Positions 47,018 through 55,788 of a DNA stretch of 62,666 nt are shown one piece after another. Position 1 is the stretch's first letter. Every line of letters begins with the position of its first letter. The stretch lies in the NCBI GenBank assembly GCA_030603385.1, contig JAUVXW010000027.1, positions 1-62,666 on the forward strand, read 5' to 3'. A program made the position numbers and the translations under genes. Under the pieces are notes generated by a model. That model worked only from the letters and a program-made list of their open reading frames with translations, was not told the origin of the DNA and searched no databases. Source of the DNA: Promethearchaeota archaeon (lineage in GTDB: Archaea; Asgardarchaeota; Lokiarchaeia; Sigyniarchaeales; SOKP01).

Positions 47018-47872
47018 ATGAGGAATAATAACAATTTTGAAGGTTTAATTTTGGCAGCAGGTAATTCTAGCAGATTTAAATTTGCTGATAGAACATCTAA
47101 AAAATATTTTCTAAAATTTCGGAATTCCAATATTTTAGGATATATTATCACTGGAATGATTAAAACAGGAATAAGAAAAATAAAAATTGTGACTAGTAAT
47201 ATAGTTAATAATACAAAATACAAGAAAAAGGTTTTAAAATCAATAAATCGACGTTGGATTGAATTATCAAATCTTGAGATAGATATTATTGAAAATAAGT
47301 TTCCAGAGAGAGAAAATGGATACAGCCTTTTCTTGGGTCTTAATAAAATTTCTTCAAAATATACAATATTATCGATGGCTGATCATATTTTTTCACAAAA
47401 TGTTTTTTCTATTATGATTGACAATTATGAAGAAGATGATATTCTTTTAGCAACCGATCCAATGTATGATGAAGGATATTACGATAAGGAGGATGCTACA
47501 AAAGTATTTGGAAAAAAAAAATTTATTATTAATATGGGAAAAAGTTTAAAAAAATATAACCGACTAGATATGGGTGTTTTCATATTAAAAACTAAAATTA
47601 TTAAAAATATATGTAATAACGTTGAATCAAATTTTAATAAATTTGGTGTTACAAACGTTGTTCTATCAGCACGGGATTCAGAATTGAAGGTTGATTGTTA
47701 TGATTTTCCAAGTACAGTTTGGCTAGATATTGATAATTATAAAAAATATTACCAACTAAAAAGACTTTTCAATAAATCTTCTAATATTCATCCTTTTGGC
47801 CTGATTTCTAATGAATACGTTACTTATTACCATAAGAAGAGAATATATGAGGATAATTTTAAGTCAAAATAA
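47018..47872 (+). CDS. Nucleotidyltransferase, inositol-1-phosphate cytidylyltransferase (IPCT)-like
   Basis: ILAAGNSSRF, PERENGYSL, MADH, EDATKV, DMGVF, WLDID; directly upstream of MIPS. Confidence 0.72.
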   Translation: MRNNNNFEGLILAAGNSSRFKFADRTSKKYFLKFRNSNILGYIITGMIKTGIRKIKIVTSNIVNNTKYKKKVLKSINRRWIELSNLEIDIIENKFPERENGYSLFLGLNKISSKYTILSMADHIFSQNVFSIMIDNYEEDDILLATDPMYDEGYYDKEDATKVFGKKKFIINMGKSLKKYNRLDMGVFILKTKIIKNICNNVESNFNKFGVTNVVLSARDSELKVDCYDFPSTVWLDIDNYKKYYQLKRLFNKSSNIHPFGLISNEYVTYYHKKRIYEDNFKSK

Positions 47873-47922
47873 ATAACAAAAAAAATAAAATATTTTTAAC
47901 TCAAAAATTATAGAGGTGAACA

Positions 47923-49080
47923 ATGATTAGTAAAATTAAAATTGCTATTGCTGGACTTGGTAATTGTGCTAGTTCTTTAATACAAGGAATCCAATATTAT
48001 AAAAAAAAATCAAGAAAAAATGCTATTGGCTTAATGCATTGGGATATCGGGGGATATCAACCAAGTGATATTGAAATAGTTGCAGGTTTTGATATTGATC
48101 AAAGGAAAGTTGGAAAAGATGTATCTAAAGCTATTTTTCAACCACCTAATTGTACTAAAATATTCTTTAAAGATATTCCTAAAACAGGAGTTGTTGTTAA
48201 AATGGGAAAAATTTTAGATAGTTTCGCAGATCATCTAAACCACTACGATAAAGAGTATACATGTATTTTGTCTGATCAAAGAGAATCGACACAAGAGGAA
48301 ATAATGAAAGAACTTAAAACTTCAAAAGCTGATATGCTTATAAATTATCTTCCGGTAGGGTCCGAAAAAGCGGTAAATTTTTATGCTGAGTGTGCTTTAA
48401 AAGCAAGAGTAGGTTTCATAAACTGTATGCCTGTATTTATTGCCAGCAACCCAACTTGGGCTCAAAGATTTAAAAATAAAAATGTACCAATAATAGGGGA
48501 TGATATTAAGTCTCAAATAGGTGCAACAATAGTACACCGAGTATTAACAAATCTTTTCAAAAAACGAGGTGTAAAACTTAGGCGAACATACCAACTTAAT
48601 ACAGGAGGTAATACAGATTTCTTGAATATGCTTGACAGGCATAGGTTAGTATCTAAAAAACTATCAAAAACGGAAGCTGTTCAATCACAGACAGCAGTTA
48701 GATTGAAAAATGAAAATATACATATTGGTCCAAGTGATTGGGTTCCTTGGCAAAAGGATAATAAGGTATGTTTTATTAGAATGGAGGGAAACATATTTGG
48801 AGATATTCCAATAAATCTCGAATTACGACTTTCAGTAGAAGATTCTCCTAATTCTGCGGGAGTAGTAATAGATGCAATAAGATGTTTAAAAATAGCGCTG
48901 GAAAGAAATCAAGGTGGTGCTTTATATGAACCTTCTTCATATTTTATGAAACATCCACCAATACAATATAGTGATGATATAGCCTATCAACTAACAGAAG
49001 AATTTATTGAAGGTTTTTCAGAAGTAAGTATACAATCAATTGATAAAATGATTAAGCAAAATCCACAAGGCGCCGATTAA
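47923..49080 (+). CDS. ino1: myo-inositol-1(3)-phosphate synthase
   Basis: GLGNCASSLIQG, NYLPVGS, GDDIKSQIGAT, YQLNTGGNTDFLNM, EDSPNSAG. Confidence 0.95.
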   Translation: MISKIKIAIAGLGNCASSLIQGIQYYKKKSRKNAIGLMHWDIGGYQPSDIEIVAGFDIDQRKVGKDVSKAIFQPPNCTKIFFKDIPKTGVVVKMGKILDSFADHLNHYDKEYTCILSDQRESTQEEIMKELKTSKADMLINYLPVGSEKAVNFYAECALKARVGFINCMPVFIASNPTWAQRFKNKNVPIIGDDIKSQIGATIVHRVLTNLFKKRGVKLRRTYQLNTGGNTDFLNMLDRHRLVSKKLSKTEAVQSQTAVRLKNENIHIGPSDWVPWQKDNKVCFIRMEGNIFGDIPINLELRLSVEDSPNSAGVVIDAIRCLKIALERNQGGALYEPSSYFMKHPPIQYSDDIAYQLTEEFIEGFSEVSIQSIDKMIKQNPQGAD

Positions 49081-49433
49081 AAATTTCAAGAGACTTTTAA
49101 TTTTGATATAATGTGTCAAGAATAGAAATTATAAGAAAAATTATTTATTTTTATTTTCGAAAAAATTATATATTCTAATTTTTTTTAATGATATAGATAT
49201 AAACATGATTTGATATCCTTTAATCCCAATTGTAACTTTAAATTAACCTGAATATCAAATGAGATATTCAAACGGAAATATAATTTAAAAATTGTTGTTT
49301 TATTGTTAGGGTTTTTTAATTTGAATTGGTTAGTTTAATGAAATAATTAATTGTAGATTAAAATTAATAAGTGGTTAATATCCTTAATTCGATTTAAGGT
49401 AAAATTAGAAAAGTTTATATCAAAGGTGGTGAA

Positions 49434-49685
49434 ATGAATAAACAAGAAAATTTTATAAAAAGAGTGTATGAAATTGTATCAGAATTAAAACTTCCCTTGA
49501 TAGATGATAGGGTTCAAGATAATGTTAAATTTAAATCAAATAATGCAACTGTTACGTTAAAATTACTTTTTGAGGAAGATGAATCAGTAATACGTGGATT
49601 TCTAGGATTAGCCGAATATTTTCACACTGTTATTATAAAACGAAAAGATACATTTTTCATACCTCATGACCATAAATTGTTTTAG
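49434..49685 (+). CDS. Small hypothetical protein
   Basis: 83 aa; AGGTGGTGA SD upstream. Confidence 0.6.
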   Translation: MNKQENFIKRVYEIVSELKLPLIDDRVQDNVKFKSNNATVTLKLLFEEDESVIRGFLGLAEYFHTVIIKRKDTFFIPHDHKLF

Positions 49686-49810
49686 AAAGCAGCTAATGAT
49701 CCTCTTGTCATTTCTCTAAATCTTTTACAAGATTAAACGAAATTTCAAAGTTAGAATTTCTAAAATTACTATAGAATTGTAAAAAATTTATCAAGAAACT
49801 CGGGATAAAA

Positions 49811-50068
49811 ATGCATAAATATTATTGTACAAAATGTAAAAAACATCATCATAAAGGCAAAATTTATAGAGAACATTTGAAATTTAAAGAAGAGAATAAA
49901 AGTACGAACACTATTGATGACGAAAATATAAGAGTTGATCTTGAATCTCTTAGACCAATTGCAAAACGACAACTTAATAGATTGCTTAAAAAGATGGATA
50001 AAACAGGTAATCATGAGCTTTATAAAAAGGAAATTATTAATTTAATAAAAAAGGAAAAGAGGAGATAA
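49811..50068 (+). CDS. Small protein with N-terminal C2H2-like Zn motif
   Basis: YCTKCKKHH...IYREH. Confidence 0.6.
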   Translation: MHKYYCTKCKKHHHKGKIYREHLKFKEENKSTNTIDDENIRVDLESLRPIAKRQLNRLLKKMDKTGNHELYKKEIINLIKKEKRR

Positions 50069-50070
50069 AG

Positions 50071-50700
50071 ATAACAGATATAAAAAATTCTCACGAATTA
50101 AATGAAAATGAAATTATTTTAGATTATAAAGTTAATAATATTGTGGCAACAGCAAAATTAGATCTTAAAGAAAAGTTAGATCTTGTTAAATTAACGCGAA
50201 AATTATATGATGCGGAATATCATCCTGAAAGGTTCCCCGGTGTTATTTTTAGACAGGATAATCCTCGAGCCACATTTTTAATTTTCTCAACCGGTAATAT
50301 AGTTGTTACTGGACTCGAAATTTTTCAAGATGCAGAGAAAGCAATCAGCAAATTATTAAAAAAGATAAAAAAGTTTGGCATTAAATCATCTAATCCTGAA
50401 ATCGTTATTCAAAATATTGTTGCTAATGGTGATTTACATACAATTATAAATTTAAATAAAGCAGTTTTGTTGATGGAATTTGTCATGTATGAACCTGAAG
50501 TCTTTCCAGGATTAATATATAATATGAAAAATCCCCGTGCTGTGTTTTTAATATTTTCAACGGGTAAATTTGTTTGTACAGGAATTAAAGAAGAGAAAAT
50601 TTTAGAAAAAGCGATTTTAAAGTTAAATCGGGAGATTAATGATATGGATATAACTAATGAAATAGTTATCGAAGATGAATTTGAGTTAACATTTCTATAA
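50071..50700 (+). CDS. tbp: TATA-box binding protein; probable start ATA at 50071, upstream of the track's GTG
   Basis: Two TBP repeats (NIVA...YHPERFPG...LIFSTG; NIVA...YEPEVFPG...LIFSTG); acidic tail; conserved YKVNNIV lies upstream of 50143. Confidence 0.9.
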   Translation: MTDIKNSHELNENEIILDYKVNNIVATAKLDLKEKLDLVKLTRKLYDAEYHPERFPGVIFRQDNPRATFLIFSTGNIVVTGLEIFQDAEKAISKLLKKIKKFGIKSSNPEIVIQNIVANGDLHTIINLNKAVLLMEFVMYEPEVFPGLIYNMKNPRAVFLIFSTGKFVCTGIKEEKILEKAILKLNREINDMDITNEIVIEDEFELTFL

Positions 50701-50740
50701 AAAAATCAGTATCTATAAAAAATGTGAAAAATGGTTAAAA

Positions 50741-50953
50741 ATGGTTGAATTTTGTGAAAAGTGTGGGGGAATGATGCTTCCATCTAAAGATAAGGATAAA
50801 AAAATTCTTGTATGTAATTCATGTGCTCAAATTAAACCTTTAGAAGAGGATTTTATTGATTCTTATACATTTCATACTGAAATATCTCATCCACCTGGAG
50901 AAGAATTCAAGAATTTAGAAAAAATGAAAGATTGGAAAAAAAAATTCACTTGA
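50741..50953 (+). CDS. RpoM/TFS-like N-terminal zinc ribbon only
   Basis: MVEFCEKCGGMMLP...LVCNSC; no C-terminal TFIIS ribbon. Confidence 0.7.
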   Translation: MVEFCEKCGGMMLPSKDKDKKILVCNSCAQIKPLEEDFIDSYTFHTEISHPPGEEFKNLEKMKDWKKKFT

Positions 50954-50993
50954 TTGATTTCACAAATTATTGATTAAAACAAAAAAATAAATC

Positions 50994-51449
50994 TTGCAGT
51001 ATATGAAATTTATATCATGGAAAAAAGTAGAATCATGGAAATGTATCTCGTGTGGAATGTGTTGCCATTCTTATGATATAATATTGGAAAAAAATGAATA
51101 TAAGAAAATGTGCAAAATGTTTGGGAACGAGATTTTTAATTATAACAAATATCCAATTAAATATTTCCTTAAACGAAGAACAAATGGAAGCTGTATCTTT
51201 CAAAATATTTCAGAAGGGAAATCTAAATGCAATATACACCAAATTAAACCTATAATATGTAAAATTTTCCCCTTTTTTATCTTGAGTTCATATAATAAAA
51301 AGTTATCCTTTCTTTATAGAAAAAAGCGATATAACATATATTTAGAAAGAAAATGCAAAGGAATAAAGTTAGGTAATCCTTCTAATGAGTTTATTTATGA
51401 AACTTTGCCTGAAATTATTAATATAAGTCTAAATCCAATCTTAAAGTGA
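50994..51449 (+). CDS. YkgJ family cysteine-cluster protein
   Basis: CISCGMCC, CIF, CNIHQIKPIICKIFPF. Confidence 0.8.
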   Translation: MQYMKFISWKKVESWKCISCGMCCHSYDIILEKNEYKKMCKMFGNEIFNYNKYPIKYFLKRRTNGSCIFQNISEGKSKCNIHQIKPIICKIFPFFILSSYNKKLSFLYRKKRYNIYLERKCKGIKLGNPSNEFIYETLPEIINISLNPILK

Positions 51450-51635
51450 ATACAAGAATTTTATGGAATAAAAAATATGATTCTTCTTAAGTTATTGATT
51501 TGAAAGCTTGGATGTGATACTTTTCGATAATTCAATATTCAGAATAAACTAAAATAATTCATTTTGATACGAATTCTTTTTCATAAACTGAAATTTTATA
51601 TATTATCGTTTATTATAGTGATAGTGATTAATTAA

Positions 51636-52011
51636 ATGTTAGATGCAATTGATCTTACTATTTTAGAAGAATTGAAAGAGAATAGTAGGAAATCATATAG
51701 TGATTAAAAAGATGATAAAGAATAATATTATCGACAAGTTTACAATTGATTATGAAGTAAATAAACACTCAAAAGTTCATGCTACTGTAAAAATTGAACC
51801 CGACTTTAAAGATATTAAGAGAATTATAAAAGGATTGAACCAAATTGAAGAAATAAAAAATATTTAGAGATTATCCGGTGACTGTAGCCTGTTAATAAAA
51901 CTAAAGATTTCTTCAATTGAAGAATTCAACCCTTTAATTGAGGGAAAAATTTCTCAAATTAATGGTATTAAAATTGTAGAAACATGTTTCATAACAGATA
52001 TTATTAAATAA
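51636..52011 (+). pseudogene. Lrp/AsnC family regulator pseudogene
   Basis: MLDAIDLTILEELKENSRKSYSD* then, in another frame, IKKMIKNNIIDKFTI...IKNI*RLSGDCSLLIKL...VETCFITDIIK; HTH helix missing, internal TAG at 51865. Confidence 0.8.
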
Positions 52012-52124
52012 ATCTGTTCTTATCAATTTAAATTAATAACAAATATAAGAAATTAAAATATATCTATAATTTCTTTAAGTTAATAATATCTAAAATTTCA
52101 GTTAATAATGTAAAATAGATTTTC

Positions 52125-52379
52125 ATGAGTGTAAAGAGAAGATACCATCCAAAATTGCAAACTATTGCTTTTATTGGTAATTATATTCCACGTCAATGTG
52201 GTATTGCGACTTTTACAAACGATCTTTTGCAAGCAGTTTCAAATGAATTACCAAAAAGTAGTTGCTGGGCATTAGCAGTGAATGATACACCTAAGGGTTA
52301 TCCTTATCCTAATCAAGTTCGCTTTGAATTAAATGCTAATCGATTGAAGGAGAACAAAATCATTGTTATTTATATCTAA
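52125..52379 (+). pseudogene. N-terminal fragment of a GT4-type glycosyltransferase
   Basis: IAFIGNYIPRQCGIATFTNDL...YPYPNQVRFE, then ends at 84 aa. Confidence 0.75.
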
Positions 52380-52513
52380 GAATCCCTAATTTTTATTTCT
52401 TTTCGGTAAAAAATAGATAAATATTCCTAAGTTATCAATGGCGAAATTTGTTTTTATAATTTCATAAATTATCAACTATTCTAAATATTGAATTAAAAAG
52501 TTGATAAAGTATA

Positions 52514-53143
52514 TTAGTCCAAATCCTTGCGTTTTCTAATTTGATTGATTCTTAAAATAACAGATCCATGAGTTAGAATTGAAATTAAGATTAAGCATAT
52601 TGGAATCGCCCAACCTGAGAAAGTTGCACAAATTCCCGCTAAAAACACAATAAATAGTCTTGTATCACGTCCTTGAATTGTTCTAGAAAAATTAATGTCT
52701 TTTTTTAACTCAACCTTAGCAGCAGTATAGCTTATTGAATAGGCACCAGTTATAGCTATTATTCCTAATAAAAATGCTTGTGTAATCAAAAGAACTCTAA
52801 GAGAATAAAAAGTAAGACCTACAAATATAAAAACATCAACATAACGATCCATTACAGAATCAAAGAAACCTCCAAAAAAAGAAGTTCTACCATTAGCACG
52901 GGCTACTTCACCATCGGAACCATCAATTATACTTGATAATTGAACAAAAATCCCTCCCAAAAAAGGAAAATTTATGCAGAATAAAATTGAACCAATAATT
53001 CCAGTTAAAGCTGATATAATAGAAATTATATTAGGGTTACAATTGGGCCAAAAATGTAATGTAAATTTAGTTATTTGATGAGATACAGGCCTGTTTATGT
53101 AATTTGAAACTAAACCATCTCCTTTTGAGGGCATTTCTATCAA
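52514..53143 (-). CDS. CDP-alcohol phosphotransferase, di-myo-inositol-phosphate-phosphate synthase (DIPPS)-like
   Basis: GDGLVSNYINRPVS, PNIIS, DGSDGEVAR...GGFFDSVMDRYVD, GRDTR. Confidence 0.75.
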   Translation of the reverse strand: MIEMPSKGDGLVSNYINRPVSHQITKFTLHFWPNCNPNIISIISALTGIIGSILFCINFPFLGGIFVQLSSIIDGSDGEVARANGRTSFFGGFFDSVMDRYVDVFIFVGLTFYSLRVLLITQAFLLGIIAITGAYSISYTAAKVELKKDINFSRTIQGRDTRLFIVFLAGICATFSGWAIPICLILISILTHGSVILRINQIRKRKDLD

Positions 53144-53200
53144 TTTATTTTTAGTCTTAATTCCTAAAATTTTTTATGATTTATTATTTTTTATAGTAAT

Positions 53201-54007
53201 GTGTTAGGAATTTCAATTCGTGCTAATTGGGATTTTGAGAAAGTAATAAATTTAATAATTGACCTAAATATCGATTTATGTGAAATTCAGTTAGATAATA
53301 CAATATTTAAATTCCAAGAGGATCGGAAGAAAACAATAAAACTAATTAATAAACTATACTCATCAGATTTACAACTTTCTTTCCATTTATCATTTATTGA
53401 TCTGAATATTGCCTCATTAGACAATAAAATACGTTATTATACAAGTAAATTATTAAGAAAGGAAATAATGTTCGTAAAGAAATGGAATCCTTTCTATATT
53501 GTTGTACATACGGGAAAAATTAGTAACACTTTTTATGAAGTACCTTCAGTAAAAGAAAAAGCCCATAAACAACAAATTAAAACAATATCAGAATTAATTA
53601 AAATATCTAACATCTATTCAATACCATTTGCTATTGAAAATCGTCAAAAATCTAGTACTTCTGGTTTGATTCAAAATATAAATGACATACAATATTATAA
53701 CCAATTATTCCCCACTCTACAATATGTACTTGACATAGGACATCTTAATACCTTTTATACTGATCCTAATGCATTGTTAGAAGAGATTAAAGTTATATGT
53801 GATTTTCCCATAATTGCAATCCACTTATCAAATAATTTTGGGAAAGATACGCACGGAAGCTTGGAAGACGGAACAATTCCAATTAAATCATTATTCTCAA
53901 AAGTACCAAGTTTAAAAGAAAAATGTCTAATTATTGAAAATAAATTATTTAAAAATACTTTAGAAAGTTTAGATTTTTTATATAATCTGATTATAGGGAA
54001 AGCATAA
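53201..54007 (+). CDS. Sugar-phosphate isomerase/epimerase (AP endonuclease 2 TIM barrel)
   Basis: SFH...DLNIAS, VVHTG, AIEN, LDIGH, IHLSNN...H...G. Confidence 0.82.
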   Translation: MLGISIRANWDFEKVINLIIDLNIDLCEIQLDNTIFKFQEDRKKTIKLINKLYSSDLQLSFHLSFIDLNIASLDNKIRYYTSKLLRKEIMFVKKWNPFYIVVHTGKISNTFYEVPSVKEKAHKQQIKTISELIKISNIYSIPFAIENRQKSSTSGLIQNINDIQYYNQLFPTLQYVLDIGHLNTFYTDPNALLEEIKVICDFPIIAIHLSNNFGKDTHGSLEDGTIPIKSLFSKVPSLKEKCLIIENKLFKNTLESLDFLYNLIIGKA

Positions 54008-54274
54008 AATAGACTATATAATAATATCTCTTTTTCACATTTTTATTAATATATTCAAATAATCTCATAAGCTTTTTAATTTAACTACTAAAATCTAAAC
54101 ATTCTTAATTATGCGATAACCAATTCTATGCTTACTATATTATACTGATTATCCTGATGTACTTCTTAATCTAATAATGAAACAGTTTAAATAAGAAAAT
54201 ATATAATTTGAAATATTGCACAATTTCTTTTTTCATTAATTACTTGATTAAACTTGTTCAACTTGTGAATATGG

Positions 54275-55084
54275 ATGCTTGAAAATTTTAAACAATCTGC
54301 AATTGGGAAACTACTTTTGAGTATAATAATTGTGTGGGTGATCCTTGCTATAATTTTTGGTTTCACGGATTTAGCAATTTCAAAGGTAGTTGTTGATGAA
54401 AATTCACTATGGGGTATTATTGGAAGAGAATATGGTGAAGCTCCGGGGTATGGATTAATTGCTATTGCTTTGTCTGCTTTAATTGGAAGTTATAATGACA
54501 ATTTAGGGAAGCAAAAAAATCCAGCGTATGTCATAATAGCTATTGGAGTTATTCTAGTTGTCTTAGGAATCATATTTAATTTTCAAGCTTTAGTTATTGA
54601 TGGAGCAAGCGTTTTCATATGTGTGTTAATATTTCTTGTGATAACATTCAATAAAGATTGGAAAAATTATAGAAAGATTTCAGCAGTTGTCATTATTTTA
54701 GCAGTCATAAATCCGTTATTATTTGTGCAAATCACTAAGATTTTGACTGGAAGAATAAGATTTAATAATTTAGCTCCTAGTTTTACTGATTACACCGCAT
54801 GGTTCTTACCCCCTGGACCATTTTCAGGAGGAGATTCCTTTCCATCAGGACATACAGGTATATCATTTATGTTTTTACCCTTATTGATACTATTAAAAGA
54901 ACGTAAATTGAAAGATCCCATTCGAATCTTAATTACATTTTTAATTTTAGGATGGGCTATATTTGTTGGGCTATCTCGAGTAATAATTGGTGATCATTTT
55001 GCTTCAGATGTTTTGTTTTCAGCAGGAATGGCTTCTGTTATTACAATTCTATTATATGAAAAAATATATGTTAAAAAAGAATAA
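54275..55084 (+). CDS. PAP2 family membrane phosphatase
   Basis: KILTGRIR, SFPSGH, SRVIIGDHFASDV. Confidence 0.9.
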   Translation: MLENFKQSAIGKLLLSIIIVWVILAIIFGFTDLAISKVVVDENSLWGIIGREYGEAPGYGLIAIALSALIGSYNDNLGKQKNPAYVIIAIGVILVVLGIIFNFQALVIDGASVFICVLIFLVITFNKDWKNYRKISAVVIILAVINPLLFVQITKILTGRIRFNNLAPSFTDYTAWFLPPGPFSGGDSFPSGHTGISFMFLPLLILLKERKLKDPIRILITFLILGWAIFVGLSRVIIGDHFASDVLFSAGMASVITILLYEKIYVKKE

Positions 55085-55108
55085 TAATTAAAGAGGATTA
55101 GATGAGTT

Positions 55109-55756
55109 ATGAAAGAAGTTTTCAAAGATGTATATCATGTAGGAGATTCTGGTTGTTCTGTTTTTTTAGTCGATACTCATAGTGAAGATGGACTTGTTTT
55201 AATTGATTGTGGAATGAGTTTGGGGATGATTAAAAGAATCAAGAAAGGAGGTTTGAATCCTATGGATATCAAACATTGCATTCTTACTCATTATCACATA
55301 GATCACATAGGAGGATGCGCAGATCTTAAAGATTTCAATAAAAAAGTAAAATTTTATGCCCATGAATTAGATGCTGATCCGATAGAAGAAAGAGGACATG
55401 AAAGAGAAACTGCTGCGAGGTGGTATGGAGTTAATTATAAACCAGTTAAGCTTGAAAAAAGATTTAAAGGAGATCTTGAAATCTTAGAATTTGGAGAATA
55501 TGAATTCCAATGCATCCATACTCCGGGACATACTCCAGGTTCGATTTCTATAATACTAGAAATAGATGATACAAAAATTCTTTTTGGTCAAGATTTACAT
55601 GGTCCAATGATTCCAGGAATTAGTAATTTTGCAGATTATCAGAATTCTCTCCGGAAACTTTTAAACTTGAAGGCTGATATATTATGTGAGGGGCACTTTG
55701 GTATATATCAACCTGCTAAAAATGTAGAACGGTATATAGAAGGTTATATTGAATAG
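55109..55756 (+). CDS. MBL-fold metallo-hydrolase (glyoxalase II-like)
   Basis: LIDCG, THYHIDHIGG, HTPGHTPGS, EGH. Confidence 0.9.
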   Translation: MKEVFKDVYHVGDSGCSVFLVDTHSEDGLVLIDCGMSLGMIKRIKKGGLNPMDIKHCILTHYHIDHIGGCADLKDFNKKVKFYAHELDADPIEERGHERETAARWYGVNYKPVKLEKRFKGDLEILEFGEYEFQCIHTPGHTPGSISIILEIDDTKILFGQDLHGPMIPGISNFADYQNSLRKLLNLKADILCEGHFGIYQPAKNVERYIEGYIE

Positions 55757-55788
55757 AACTTTATGAAAGTTTTTTGATGTGTTACCTT

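Noticed and set aside
49670-49700. Possible frameshift at the end of ORF 49434 (LF* versus -1 frame LESS*)
   Set aside because: Affects only about 4 residues and cannot be judged without homologs.
51865-51867. In-frame TAG as pyrrolysine in the Lrp gene
   Set aside because: The gene also has a frameshifting deletion and no pyl genes are in view; decay is the simpler explanation.
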